From an uncultured candidate division WWE3 bacterium (GTDB taxonomy: Bacteria > Patescibacteriota > WWE3 > UBA101185 > UBA10185): a stretch of DNA of 64,000 nt. Below are positions 10,482 to 19,525 of the stretch, one piece after another (the stretch's first letter is position 1; every line of letters starts with the position of its first letter). Made by a program: the position numbers and the translations under genes. The notes beneath the pieces are model-generated. The model saw nothing but the letters and a program-made list of their open reading frames with translations, ran no database searches and was not told where the DNA came from. The stretch is from assembly GCA_938004185.1 (NCBI GenBank), contig CALKWN010000065.1:633943-697942 (forward strand), in the 5' to 3' direction.

Positions 10482-11238
10482 TAGAAGGAGAAGAAACTTT
10501 AAGTTCAGAGTCTGTGTAACCGTACTCTTCAAGATGAGATGCCACTTCCTCACCACCGGTCTTTACTATCTCTCCGTTTAGCATCACATGAACAAAATCT
10601 GGTTTGAGATATTTTAAAATTCTGGCGTAGTGCGTAATGACCAGAACAGAAGAGTTTTTATTCTTAACTAAATAATTTACCGCATTTGAGACAATTTTCA
10701 CCGCATCTATATCCAACCCGCTATCGACTTCATCGAGAATAACTATTTTGGGTTCAAGAATAAGCATTTGCAGCATTTCCATTCTCTTCTTCTCGCCTCC
10801 AGAAAAACCCTCGTTCAAAAATCGCTCTGAAAAAGACTGATCCATTTCGAGAAGCTTCATTTTTTCTTCCATAAAATCTCTAAATAATTTGGGGGACAAC
10901 GGTCTTTCGTGCGACTTGTTATAAATCATTCTTAGATAGCTATAAACTTTTACTCCCTGAATTTCGCTCGGATGTTGGAATGAAAGAAAAAGTCCTGCTT
11001 GGGCTCGCTCGGTAGGATCGAGTTTTAAAATGTCTTTGCCGTTAATTTTCGCGGATCCTTCAATTACACTGTATATGGAGTTGCCCATTAATGTTTGAGC
11101 GAGAGTACTTTTACCCGAACCGTTTTTTCCCATTAAAGCGTGAACCTCTCCGGAGTTTATACTCAGCGAAACTCCTTTTAATATTTTTTTACCCTCAATA
11201 CCTGCGGATAAATTTTTAATCTCGAGAGTGCTTATCAT
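10474..11238 (-). CDS. sufC: Fe-S cluster assembly ATPase SufC
   Basis: [31 protein letters not shown]. Confidence 0.96.
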   Translation of the reverse strand: MISTLEIKNLSAGIEGKKILKGVSLSINSGEVHALMGKNGSGKSTLAQTLMGNSIYSVIEGSAKINGKDILKLDPTERAQAGLFLSFQHPSEIQGVKVYSYLRMIYNKSHERPLSPKLFRDFMEEKMKLLEMDQSFSERFLNEGFSGGEKKRMEMLQMLILEPKIVILDEVDSGLDIDAVKIVSNAVNYLVKNKNSSVLVITHYARILKYLKPDFVHVMLNGEIVKTGGEEVASHLEEYGYTDSELKVSSPSNE

Positions 11239-11516
11239 CTGGAAAATTTCACCTTGCCTAGTACACAGTCATCTTCCCTATACGGGCATTTTTTTCTTAC
11301 TGAATAAAATACTTCTTTGCCGGATTTACTATTCTCCAGTAATCCCGCAACCTTCATTTCTTTAAGGTGATAAGAAACTGTGGGCTGGGTAAGTTTTACA
11401 TGTTCCACTATTTCACCTACCGTGGATTTTCCGGTTTTTCTTAAATATTCGAATATTTTCATGCGCGATCCGACACCCAAAGTGCCGAAACACTTTACAC
11501 ATGGGGTTTCTGCCAT
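11235..11516 (-). CDS. ArsR/SmtB-family regulator heading the suf operon
   Basis: QPTVSYHL HTH; Cys pairs at both termini (CVKC, CPYREDDC). Confidence 0.85.
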   Translation of the reverse strand: MAETPCVKCFGTLGVGSRMKIFEYLRKTGKSTVGEIVEHVKLTQPTVSYHLKEMKVAGLLENSKSGKEVFYSVRKKCPYREDDCVLGKVKFSR

Positions 11517-11557
11517 AATTGACTCTTTCCGCTTCCGCACTATACGAACGGACGCAA

Positions 11558-11587
11558 ATAATAGATAGATATTAATCTATATGTCAA
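11558..11587 (-). promoter_or_regulatory. suf promoter with palindromic operator
   Basis: TTGACA-18-TATTAT on minus strand; ATAGAT-N8-ATCTAT palindrome at 11561-11580 lies in the spacer. Confidence 0.65.
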
Positions 11588-11633
11588 GGGAAGTCAATTG
11601 GGGTTGGTTGTACATTTTACCAGCACCCTTTAG

Positions 11634-11672
11634 ACACTATAGGTTGACAATTCAATGGGCCACTTATATAAT
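11634..11672 (+). promoter_or_regulatory. Sigma70 promoter carrying ACACTATAGGTTGAC motif
   Basis: TTGACA(11644)-17-TATAAT(11667). Confidence 0.8.
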
Positions 11673-11699
11673 GCCGAAAATAAATAAAAGGAGAGAAAA

Positions 11700-12254
11700 G
11701 TGAACAAAAAATATGTTTTTACGGGGGCTGTTGCTCTGGTAACGATAATTTACTTAGCACTCGTTATTCATTACAAAAAGTACGAAAATGAGTGGTTCGG
11801 AATAAACATATTGCTAATATCGGGTTTGTTTGCCGGTATTACAATATTCATTTTCACCAAACTGCGCTGGTTTCAGCACGGTGGCCCCACATCTTACAAA
11901 ATGCTGGCAATACCGGTGGCCGGGCTGATCCTGTCGGTCTTTCTGGGACTGCATTACACGGAACAACCCGCAATTGTTGTAAGACAAAGTGATTACCAAT
12001 ACAGCTATGCGTTGTCGAGAACCGGCTATATGTTTAGCAACCTAAACATCGGGAGTGTGTCTGATTCTGACAGCAGTGTCGATATAGATTTCGACGATGC
12101 GGAAGGGGAAGCTGTCGCTTACCTGTTTCTAATCATCTTGGTCGTGGTACTGGTGGTCGGAAGTGCTTTCATACCTCACTTTTGGGTTGCCTCTTGTGCC
12201 ATACTGCTTGCGGTAATGGGAATAATGACATATAGAGAATACCTATTGGAGTAA
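11700..12254 (+). CDS. Hypothetical membrane protein
   Basis: About 5 hydrophobic segments; SD AGGAG upstream; hairpin terminator at 12258-12326. Confidence 0.7.
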   Translation: MNKKYVFTGAVALVTIIYLALVIHYKKYENEWFGINILLISGLFAGITIFIFTKLRWFQHGGPTSYKMLAIPVAGLILSVFLGLHYTEQPAIVVRQSDYQYSYALSRTGYMFSNLNIGSVSDSDSSVDIDFDDAEGEAVAYLFLIILVVVLVVGSAFIPHFWVASCAILLAVMGIMTYREYLLE

Positions 12255-12359
12255 TCTAGAGCCTCCTGCATACTTATCTTGATTCCGGTTAATAGCAACG
12301 GATAGAGATTTTATGTGGGAGGCTTTCTTCGTTTTTATATCAAAATGTATAATTACCAC

Positions 12360-12806
12360 GTGAAAAAATTTTATCTTAAAACAACACTGTTCTGGGGCGT
12401 CCTGCTCATAATTGCTATCCTAAACGCAGTTATAAGAGAAGCGACCTACAAGCCCTTTTTAGAACCTTATATCGGAATGTGGGCACATCAAATAAGCTCC
12501 TTTACAGCAATAGCCGCATTCTTCGTAGCGATATACGTGTTCGTTAAAAAACTGGAGCCTGTTCCTTCAGAAAGAAACTTGATTATTGCCAGTTTTATCT
12601 GGGTCGTAATGACCATAATTTTTGAAACCTCAATGAACATATTCATCCGAAAACTGACGCTTGAGCAAACACTCCAAACCTACTACTTTTGGCGGGGAGA
12701 AACTTGGATTTTGGTTCTTCTTTCACTTATTTTGTCACCCCTAATAGCATTGAAAGTGATAAACAAATCTCAGCTAATCGGTCATCACCCATCCAACCGT
12801 CAATGA
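12360..12806 (+). CDS. Hypothetical 4-TM membrane protein
   Basis: Hydrophobic segments; GTG start 6 nt after TATAAT. Confidence 0.7.
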   Translation: MKKFYLKTTLFWGVLLIIAILNAVIREATYKPFLEPYIGMWAHQISSFTAIAAFFVAIYVFVKKLEPVPSERNLIIASFIWVVMTIIFETSMNIFIRKLTLEQTLQTYYFWRGETWILVLLSLILSPLIALKVINKSQLIGHHPSNRQ

Positions 12807-12824
12807 CATGTTAAAATACAAAAA

Positions 12825-13718
12825 GTGAAAAAGATCAAAGCATTCTTCTACATAGCATACAAAAGCTCGGTGTCCTTTAAATATTATAAGGAAATACTTA
12901 AAACCCCTTTCGAATTCTCGATTAAATATTACGCGGTGCTGGTAATTATAGCAGCATTAATTACTTCTGCGGGAACATTTTTTATTGAGGGGCCAAAAAT
13001 AAAGGCTGTAGTAGACGACACACTTCAACAAATTGAAAATACATATCCCGAAGAGCTGGTTCTGACGGTAAAAGACGGGGGATGGGAAGTAAATCAACCC
13101 CTGCCATTAGTTATACCAATCCCTGAAACATACAAACAACGCGAAGAACAGCAAACAGAAAACGAAGAGGAAATGAAATTTGAAAACCTTATTGTTCTGG
13201 ATAAGGAAGGTGAGATCGGCGATCTCGAAGAGTATAAAACCATAATCTTAATTAATGAAAAAAATATTCTTGTAAAAGAAGCCGGGGAGCCGGGGGTATA
13301 CCCTATTAAAGATGTTCCCGATACTACGCTAGATCATTCAACATTAATAAATGCACTGGGAAATGTAAGAAAAATTGCGGGCTACTTACTTCCTTTGTTT
13401 ATAGTTTTGCCTATGTTTGCAGGTTTGATGGTTTACTACACGCTTTTCCGCGGGGCATACCTGTTGTTTGTCGGCCTTATATTATTTTTAGTGGGAAAGG
13501 CAACGAAAGTTAACACCTCTTACAGAAACTCTTTCAGGATTGCTCTGCATGCTATGACTCTTTCGGTTATTTTTGAGACCGTAGTTTGGATGCTAAACCT
13601 TCAACTTCCTATGGGCGAGTATTGGTTTATCGGAATTAATCTTATTGCTGGGTTTTTGGCTTTGTGGAGGATGGAAGAGGAGAAAAGTGTAACCGGTGTT
13701 TTGGAAGATAAAAAGTAG
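12825..13718 (+). CDS. DUF1189-like membrane protein
   Basis: N-terminal TM, extracytoplasmic loop, C-terminal TMs with RIALHAMTL. Confidence 0.6.
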   Translation: MKKIKAFFYIAYKSSVSFKYYKEILKTPFEFSIKYYAVLVIIAALITSAGTFFIEGPKIKAVVDDTLQQIENTYPEELVLTVKDGGWEVNQPLPLVIPIPETYKQREEQQTENEEEMKFENLIVLDKEGEIGDLEEYKTIILINEKNILVKEAGEPGVYPIKDVPDTTLDHSTLINALGNVRKIAGYLLPLFIVLPMFAGLMVYYTLFRGAYLLFVGLILFLVGKATKVNTSYRNSFRIALHAMTLSVIFETVVWMLNLQLPMGEYWFIGINLIAGFLALWRMEEEKSVTGVLEDKK

Positions 13719-13816
13719 GTAACAATACACGGACATTTTGGCGTTTTTCCTTGTGTCACCACAGCGTTAGAATGTTGAAGGACGGGGGTTGGCGTGTTAA
13801 TATTTCAATGTTTCAT

Positions 13817-13891
13817 TCCCCTGTAGCTCAAGGGTAGAGCGTCCGACTGTTAATCGGCAGGTTGGTGGTTCGAATCCACCCGGGGGAGCCA
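13817..13891 (+). tRNA. tRNA-Asn(GTT); integration target (attL)
   Basis: TCCCCTG...CGGGGGA-G-CCA; loop CTGTTAA. Confidence 0.95.
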
Positions 13892-15391
13892 ATTAGACCT
13901 TATACGAACCAAATCTCGCGATACTAAAGCCTCAAACTCGGGTACGAACTCAAAACTAGTGATTATTCGCTCTTTTTCCAGGAATGCTTTTGATATGAAA
14001 AAGCGTAAAAACTGCTTTCTTTGTTGCTTATTCATTGCGTCATAAAGGTTTCCGATATGTCTCAAGCCGTTGATTATTTTCTCTATTTCGGAGTCTTTTA
14101 GGTTAGTAGATGGCTTATCCAAGTCTTTTATCTGTGCCTCCACCTGTTTTAGCTCTTCTTTTAGAGGTTTATATCTTTCCTTGAGTCTATCTATGTCCAC
14201 TAACTCGTCACCAGAAAACATCTTGTCCTCAATAACTCTCATTTTCTTGTCTAAAGCGTCTTTTCTGATTTTTAATACCTTAATCTGTGCGGGAACACCC
14301 GAGCCCTGCTCACTTTTAACCTCGTATAAAACACCTCTAAGCTCAGCAAGAGCCTCCTCAGTAAATACTGTTCCATTAAAGAAGTCTGCAATCTTATCAT
14401 CAGCTGTTTCAAGTGGAACATAAGTCCTAGAACAGCTATGGCATCGATAATAATTGCCTTTATCGTGGTATTCTCCAAACATTTGCCTGCCACACTTCAA
14501 GCAATGGGCATATCCTGACAGGAGGGTTACATATTTTCTATCTCTATGAGCACCTTTATTCTTTTTCTCAAACATAAGCAATGATTTGGCATACCAATCA
14601 AAGGATATGATTGGTTCATGTGCCGCTTTTTCATATACTACCCCATCATATAGTAGCCCTCCAGAGTAAAGTATATTTTTTAGGATATTTGTGACTGTGT
14701 TTTTGTAAACTTTTCCACCGGACTCATTCCTAAAACCCCTTTCATGTAACATTTCTGCTATCCTATGGACGGAATAATTACCTGACAACCACAGCTCATA
14801 AGCCATTACAATAAAATGCTTCCTCTCGGGGTCTGGGTATATCGGGGAATCTTTTTTATAGGAGTTTAAGTAACCAATTGGGCTTTTTCCTGGTTTTAAC
14901 CCTCTCTGAGCCAGAGAAAGCATAATCCTCTTTGTTTTCTTGCCTGTCCTTCTAGATTCAAGTTGGTTTACAGCCGCAACAATCACATCTAAAAACTCAC
15001 CTTCATCTGTATCACCATAATACCCATCTAGTGGAATCAGTTTTATTTTTCTTTTTTTAAGAAAAGCTTTAATCGCTAAATGGTCAGAGACATTTCTGGC
15101 TAATCTACTAGAATCCTGTACTAGTACAATGTCTACGGACTCAGCATGCTCATCACAATAATCAAGTAGTTCTTCCATATCAGGTCTGTCTAAATCTCTC
15201 GCACTCTTTCCGGAATCTTCAAATGTTTTGACAATAGAAATGTTATTTTGCTTTACAAAGTTTTGAAAAAGCTCGTCTTGTACATTCAAACTATGCCCAG
15301 TAAGAGCCTGCCGTGTAGTAGAAACTCTTTTATAGCATATAGCTTTTAATATTGTTCCTGTCTTTGGTTTCTGTTCTTCTAATCCGTACAT
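13850..15391 (-). CDS. Large serine recombinase (integrase)
   Basis: YKRVST catalytic Ser, SRLAR, recombinase domain (PIGY, HEPIIS), zinc ribbon CLKC...YYRC, coiled coil; C-terminus runs antisense into the tRNA. Confidence 0.95.
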   Translation of the reverse strand: MYGLEEQKPKTGTILKAICYKRVSTTRQALTGHSLNVQDELFQNFVKQNNISIVKTFEDSGKSARDLDRPDMEELLDYCDEHAESVDIVLVQDSSRLARNVSDHLAIKAFLKKRKIKLIPLDGYYGDTDEGEFLDVIVAAVNQLESRRTGKKTKRIMLSLAQRGLKPGKSPIGYLNSYKKDSPIYPDPERKHFIVMAYELWLSGNYSVHRIAEMLHERGFRNESGGKVYKNTVTNILKNILYSGGLLYDGVVYEKAAHEPIISFDWYAKSLLMFEKKNKGAHRDRKYVTLLSGYAHCLKCGRQMFGEYHDKGNYYRCHSCSRTYVPLETADDKIADFFNGTVFTEEALAELRGVLYEVKSEQGSGVPAQIKVLKIRKDALDKKMRVIEDKMFSGDELVDIDRLKERYKPLKEELKQVEAQIKDLDKPSTNLKDSEIEKIINGLRHIGNLYDAMNKQQRKQFLRFFISKAFLEKERIITSFEFVPEFEALVSRDLVRIRSNWLPRVDSNHQPAD

Positions 15392-15394
15392 TTT

Positions 15395-16276
15395 TTATTT
15401 TCCTATTCTTTCTTTAAGAATCCTACTTATAATACCGTTCAAGTAAGCGGGCTTATCATCTATTTTCTTACCACTAGAAATATCCTCTCGTAGCTCACCA
15501 ATCGCTTTTTCCAACACCCAAAACTGACCATCTCTTATAAGCGAGAGATACCTATCCATACACTTTTCACCTACTTCCAGAGCAATCTGATGCGATACAA
15601 ACTCTTCATGTCTGTTCGGTTTATAACTATCGGTTGAGTTTCTACACTTATACTCCGAGCTTTCTCTCCCCTTATTTCCCCCTTTATAAGACACCGATGT
15701 ATCGGTATTCTTAATCTCATGATAGTGTTCGGTATCATTATTATACCCTCTGTATTTCCTTTTGGCATCAACTAAATCATTGCTTTTTACGACACCGTTA
15801 TCGTGGTTTTTTGACCTCTGTTTTTCTTCATCAACCTCTACATTAACCTCTGATTTAGTAACGCTTTCTATAGGGGCTAGAGCCTCTTCTATAGGGTCAG
15901 TAAAATAATGTTCTATACCGATGTATTTGTCGTCAGGACTCTTAAAATCACCGAAGCGAACCTCGAAGGAACCTATCCTGCCGGAACGAGCTTCGTAGTA
16001 TATATACTTCTTTTTTTTCAGGGATAAGAGTAACTGATTAACATAATTGACTGATACTGAACTCTTTGAGCCTTCTGAACCAAAAACATCATCTCTAAGT
16101 GACTGAAGATGCACGGATGCTATGCCGTATGGGTTACATTGCAACCTTGCATGGCAATAGAGAAGATATTCCTTCCTAGATAAAATACCGTTTTTGTAAT
16201 CACTAGCTATCTTTCGTGGAAAGGGTATCCAATTAGAGGGCATTAAGTTTTTTGTATCCTTATTTTTTTCGTTCAT
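15395..16276 (-). CDS. Putative replication initiator / HTH protein of the element
   Basis: N-terminal wHTH-like region, low-complexity linker, C-terminal KIDDKPAYLNGII; directly upstream of the integrase. Confidence 0.5.
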   Translation of the reverse strand: MNEKNKDTKNLMPSNWIPFPRKIASDYKNGILSRKEYLLYCHARLQCNPYGIASVHLQSLRDDVFGSEGSKSSVSVNYVNQLLLSLKKKKYIYYEARSGRIGSFEVRFGDFKSPDDKYIGIEHYFTDPIEEALAPIESVTKSEVNVEVDEEKQRSKNHDNGVVKSNDLVDAKRKYRGYNNDTEHYHEIKNTDTSVSYKGGNKGRESSEYKCRNSTDSYKPNRHEEFVSHQIALEVGEKCMDRYLSLIRDGQFWVLEKAIGELREDISSGKKIDDKPAYLNGIISRILKERIGK

Positions 16277-16412
16277 ATAGTGACTTATCAAATACACCTT
16301 CTTTTTGAAGACTAATCAAAAAGTTAGATAATTGTTTCAAATAAAAAGCCATAGCGTTTTCATCAACTATATGGGGCTTAATATTCAACTGTGTAATTAA
16401 ACTTTTTTTCAT
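16260..16412 (-). CDS. 50-aa ORF overlapping the start of the Rep-like gene
   Basis: Manual translation MKKSLITQLNIKPHIVDENAMAFYLKQLSNFLISLQKEGVFDKSLYERKK. Confidence 0.4.
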   Translation of the reverse strand: MKKSLITQLNIKPHIVDENAMAFYLKQLSNFLISLQKEGVFDKSLYERKK

Positions 16413-16589
16413 TTTGAAATAAAAAACCGCCTTCGGGGAAAGGCGGTTAAATCCTTTGGTGTAAATATGAGAATAGAACTCATACCCCCGAACACCTTTG
16501 AAGTATTGGCTTCTACCGTTAACTTACAACAAAGGTATAGAAGGCAAAATATACATCAGCAGTAAACCCGGATGTCGTATAAATAAGGG

Positions 16590-17552
16590 CTATTTTCTCT
16601 TTTTGTTAGATGGGATGTCTTTTGCAAACCTTGTAAAACGCAACTTGGCTTGAGAAAAGTCCGAAGAGCCGGGACCTACAGAGGAGTACGGCTCGAATGC
16701 ATTTGGATATTTATTGATTATCTCAAATGCTTCTTTGTGGCTCATATTTTTATATTCTGTAAGATAGTAAGAATAGGCGTCTCGTAGAAGGTTTGAGCGT
16801 CTATCATATAAAGTTTTTCTATGCCCGGAAAGTGATTTTTGAAGCTTTTTTAATTCTTCTCGAAACTCTTTCGTCTTTAATATATCGATATTTGTATCGC
16901 CAAATATTTTAAGCTCGATGTATTGGTTTTTCTCACCCATAGAAATATAAATCCTGCGTTTCTTAAGTGCGTCTATTGCTTTATTAAACTTTAGTAAGTC
17001 GGGTGCCAAATCTTCGTCTAAATACTCAGACTCAATATTCTCAGCAGTGCCTAGAGGCATAACACTGTTTATATCGGGATAATCGTCGTATAAGGTGATG
17101 CTTTTAATCCGGCGTGTATACCTAGAATCTAAATGATAATCACGCAACAATGTCTCAAGAAACTCATCAGATAAATAGTTCTTCTCAAACTTTTGCAGTT
17201 TAATGTACTCCTCTTTAATACTCATAAAGTTTGCGGTTGCCGACTTTTCCAAACGGATAATATTTCCAAAAGTGTCAATATCATAAGAACTACCTTCCGG
17301 CATATCCTCATTAAAACCATCTTTATTGTTGAATTCTAAAACATGAGACAAAAGTTTCTTAGAATAGCCTTCCTTATAAAGTTCTTTTAAGAGACTACCT
17401 GCATTTATATTGTGAGCTTTTCTAATTCCATCCACATCTTTCCTAAAATCCTTGTTAATCGTAATTGCAAAAAGCAGCAATACATCCGTGTTACTTTGTA
17501 ACTTCCATTGTACAAATAATTCCCTATCTCTAGGGTTAGCCAATACTTCCAT
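16590..17552 (-). CDS. Hypothetical protein (island)
   Basis: 320-aa ORF; ATG 6 nt after TAAAAT; no family recognised. Confidence 0.65.
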   Translation of the reverse strand: MEVLANPRDRELFVQWKLQSNTDVLLLFAITINKDFRKDVDGIRKAHNINAGSLLKELYKEGYSKKLLSHVLEFNNKDGFNEDMPEGSSYDIDTFGNIIRLEKSATANFMSIKEEYIKLQKFEKNYLSDEFLETLLRDYHLDSRYTRRIKSITLYDDYPDINSVMPLGTAENIESEYLDEDLAPDLLKFNKAIDALKKRRIYISMGEKNQYIELKIFGDTNIDILKTKEFREELKKLQKSLSGHRKTLYDRRSNLLRDAYSYYLTEYKNMSHKEAFEIINKYPNAFEPYSSVGPGSSDFSQAKLRFTRFAKDIPSNKKRK

Positions 17553-17765
17553 AACTACATTTTACAACTTATATAGTAACGGGTGAGGGTACGGGGAGCT
17601 CCTATTTGACCCTGCCCCTTAGTTTGTAATTAAGCTACACCCATACATTCCAGGAAGAAACTTGTCGATAATAGGATACATAGTACTAATTGGGCTTAAT
17701 CTATTCATATTTATACAAAATATATGGCTCAAAATAGGGTATTAAGTTATAATCCAATAGTAAAA

Positions 17766-17870
17766 CCTAGCCGCGAACTAGTTAATGGTTAAAAACCTTG
17801 AGTCCAAGAAGGGGCTACCTTTCTGAAGGACTCAAGCTTCGCGGCTAGGAACTAAAGAAGGTAGTCCCTT
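17766..17870 (+). ncRNA. Structured leader RNA with predicted pseudoknot over the RBS
   Basis: 12-bp outer stem 17766-17777/17838-17849; 9-bp inner stem 17797-17805/17828-17836; loop 17809-17821 complementary to 17858-17870. Confidence 0.7.
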
Positions 17871-17873
17871 TTT

Positions 17874-18269
17874 ATGTTCTTATATAAAAACCAAAACGAA
17901 TCGTATAGAAAAGGTGCAAGGGTAGTAGAAGTAGTCTATTGGGTTGCTACATTAATTGTTTTCGCAAGTTTGTTTAACGAAGAATATAGTACTACTGATA
18001 AAGTAGTGGGTGGAATGGGAGCAGTGGTTCTATTTTTGACTATATACATGAGGCACTCGTTGAATAAACTTGAAACTATTTGTATAGAGTACGAAACTAG
18101 ATATAAACACATTGCAGAAAGTTTAAGAAAACTAGATATAAAAAATAAAATCTTAGCTTCAACTAGTAAGGAAGAAAAGGAAAAATATTCAATTGAGATA
18201 AAAACCATCTTGGAAACGATAGACGATAAAAATAATATCGGAGACTGGAGTTTTTATAAACATGCGTAA
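17874..18269 (+). CDS. Hypothetical 2-TM plus coiled-coil protein
   Basis: Two hydrophobic helices followed by a charged helical tail. Confidence 0.65.
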   Translation: MFLYKNQNESYRKGARVVEVVYWVATLIVFASLFNEEYSTTDKVVGGMGAVVLFLTIYMRHSLNKLETICIEYETRYKHIAESLRKLDIKNKILASTSKEEKEKYSIEIKTILETIDDKNNIGDWSFYKHA

Positions 18270-18705
18270 TAAACTACTTGTATTAATAGCGTGCGTGTTT
18301 TTGTTGTCAATTGGGGCATGTCTGTACATACAAAATGAATCCGAATCCCAAAAAGAGAATAACAATACTTTAACTAACACAATTGACGAAGAAGAATCAT
18401 ATGTAAATGCGATGAAGAATATTTTTCAAGAATATAGTAAAGGCAGTACAAAAAGTATAACTTCCACAGCTTTGGAGGGGTTGGGAAACGAAAACTCAGG
18501 CATACAATCACGACCGAAAGAATATTACACTAACACTTTTGAAGTGCTGAACATCAAAAATGGTTTGGCAGGTGGAAAAGAGATGAACATAGTATTTGAA
18601 AAGCATCCCAAAGAAATATTTTGGGTTTGGATTTATAAACTTGCAGACGGAACTTACCAAATAAAAGGTTTTCAATTAAATACCCTAACTGACAATAATA
18701 AATAG
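18262..18705 (+). CDS. Hypothetical membrane-anchored exported protein
   Basis: N-terminal signal/TM; overlaps the previous stop codon. Confidence 0.65.
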   Translation: MRNKLLVLIACVFLLSIGACLYIQNESESQKENNNTLTNTIDEEESYVNAMKNIFQEYSKGSTKSITSTALEGLGNENSGIQSRPKEYYTNTFEVLNIKNGLAGGKEMNIVFEKHPKEIFWVWIYKLADGTYQIKGFQLNTLTDNNK

Positions 18706-18747
18706 TTGTTTTCACGCAAAGTATTAAATCAATGCTATCATTTTTAT

Positions 18748-19485
18748 ATGACAGTCCTTTATGAAGAAGTGCAACTACTAAGCTTTATTTCAAACGAAAA
18801 ACTGTTTCATGCTGTAGAAAAAATAATTACGAAAGCAAAAAAGTCTAAGCGTGAAGACAAGGACATTTATAAAAATGCTATTGACCCGTTTTCTGCACTT
18901 TTTGATGCTTCTTTAGCTGGGATTTCATTGAAAGACTGGTTAGAAGTAGAAAGAACAAGACAAGTTCAAAAATCTTTACAGAACACCATCGGGGAGTTTC
19001 ATGAAGAAATAATTGGCTCAATGCCTGGTTGGGAAAGACTGTTAGTGGGACATATCATTGATGTTGTTAATCCTGAGAAAAAGATTATTGCGGAACTAAA
19101 AAACAAATGGAATACCACTAAAGGTTCCGACAAAGTAGTTTTATACAATAGCTTAAGCATGGAATTAAAATCCGAACAATACAGTGGTTATACTGGGTAC
19201 TATGTAGAAGTAATCCCTGAGAAAGGTAAAACTTACGACAAACCTTTCATGCCTTCTGACCATACTAAACACATACGAAAACCTGAGAATCAAAGAATAC
19301 GAATTATAGATGGAAAAAGCTTCTACGCCTTAGCTTCTGGAGACCCGCTCGCACTACAAAAACTATATAAGATATTGCCCAGAGTAATTGCAGAAATAGA
19401 AAATAGTCCAAGCATTGCAGATTACAGCTCAGAAGAACTGTTTCATATACTGTTTGGTAAGGCATATTCTCCAGACTACAGGTAA
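18748..19485 (+). CDS. Type II restriction endonuclease, Eco47II-like
   Basis: IDPFSALFD, QKSLQNTIGEFH, IDVV...AELKNKWNT, RIIDGKSFY; adjacent C5 MTase. Confidence 0.8.
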   Translation: MTVLYEEVQLLSFISNEKLFHAVEKIITKAKKSKREDKDIYKNAIDPFSALFDASLAGISLKDWLEVERTRQVQKSLQNTIGEFHEEIIGSMPGWERLLVGHIIDVVNPEKKIIAELKNKWNTTKGSDKVVLYNSLSMELKSEQYSGYTGYYVEVIPEKGKTYDKPFMPSDHTKHIRKPENQRIRIIDGKSFYALASGDPLALQKLYKILPRVIAEIENSPSIADYSSEELFHILFGKAYSPDYR

Positions 19486-19525
19486 CCCTTGCATAATGCA
19501 TTGGTTACTGATAACATATTTAAAT

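Noticed and set aside
11534-11555. tRNA-like 5' fragment GCGTCCGTTCGTATAGTG in the suf leader
   Set aside because: Too short, and no cloverleaf or T-arm follows.
11629-11642. Resemblance of TTTAGACACTATAG to the SP6 phage promoter
   Set aside because: Partial match only, no phage RNA polymerase here, and the motif sits on canonical sigma70 promoters.
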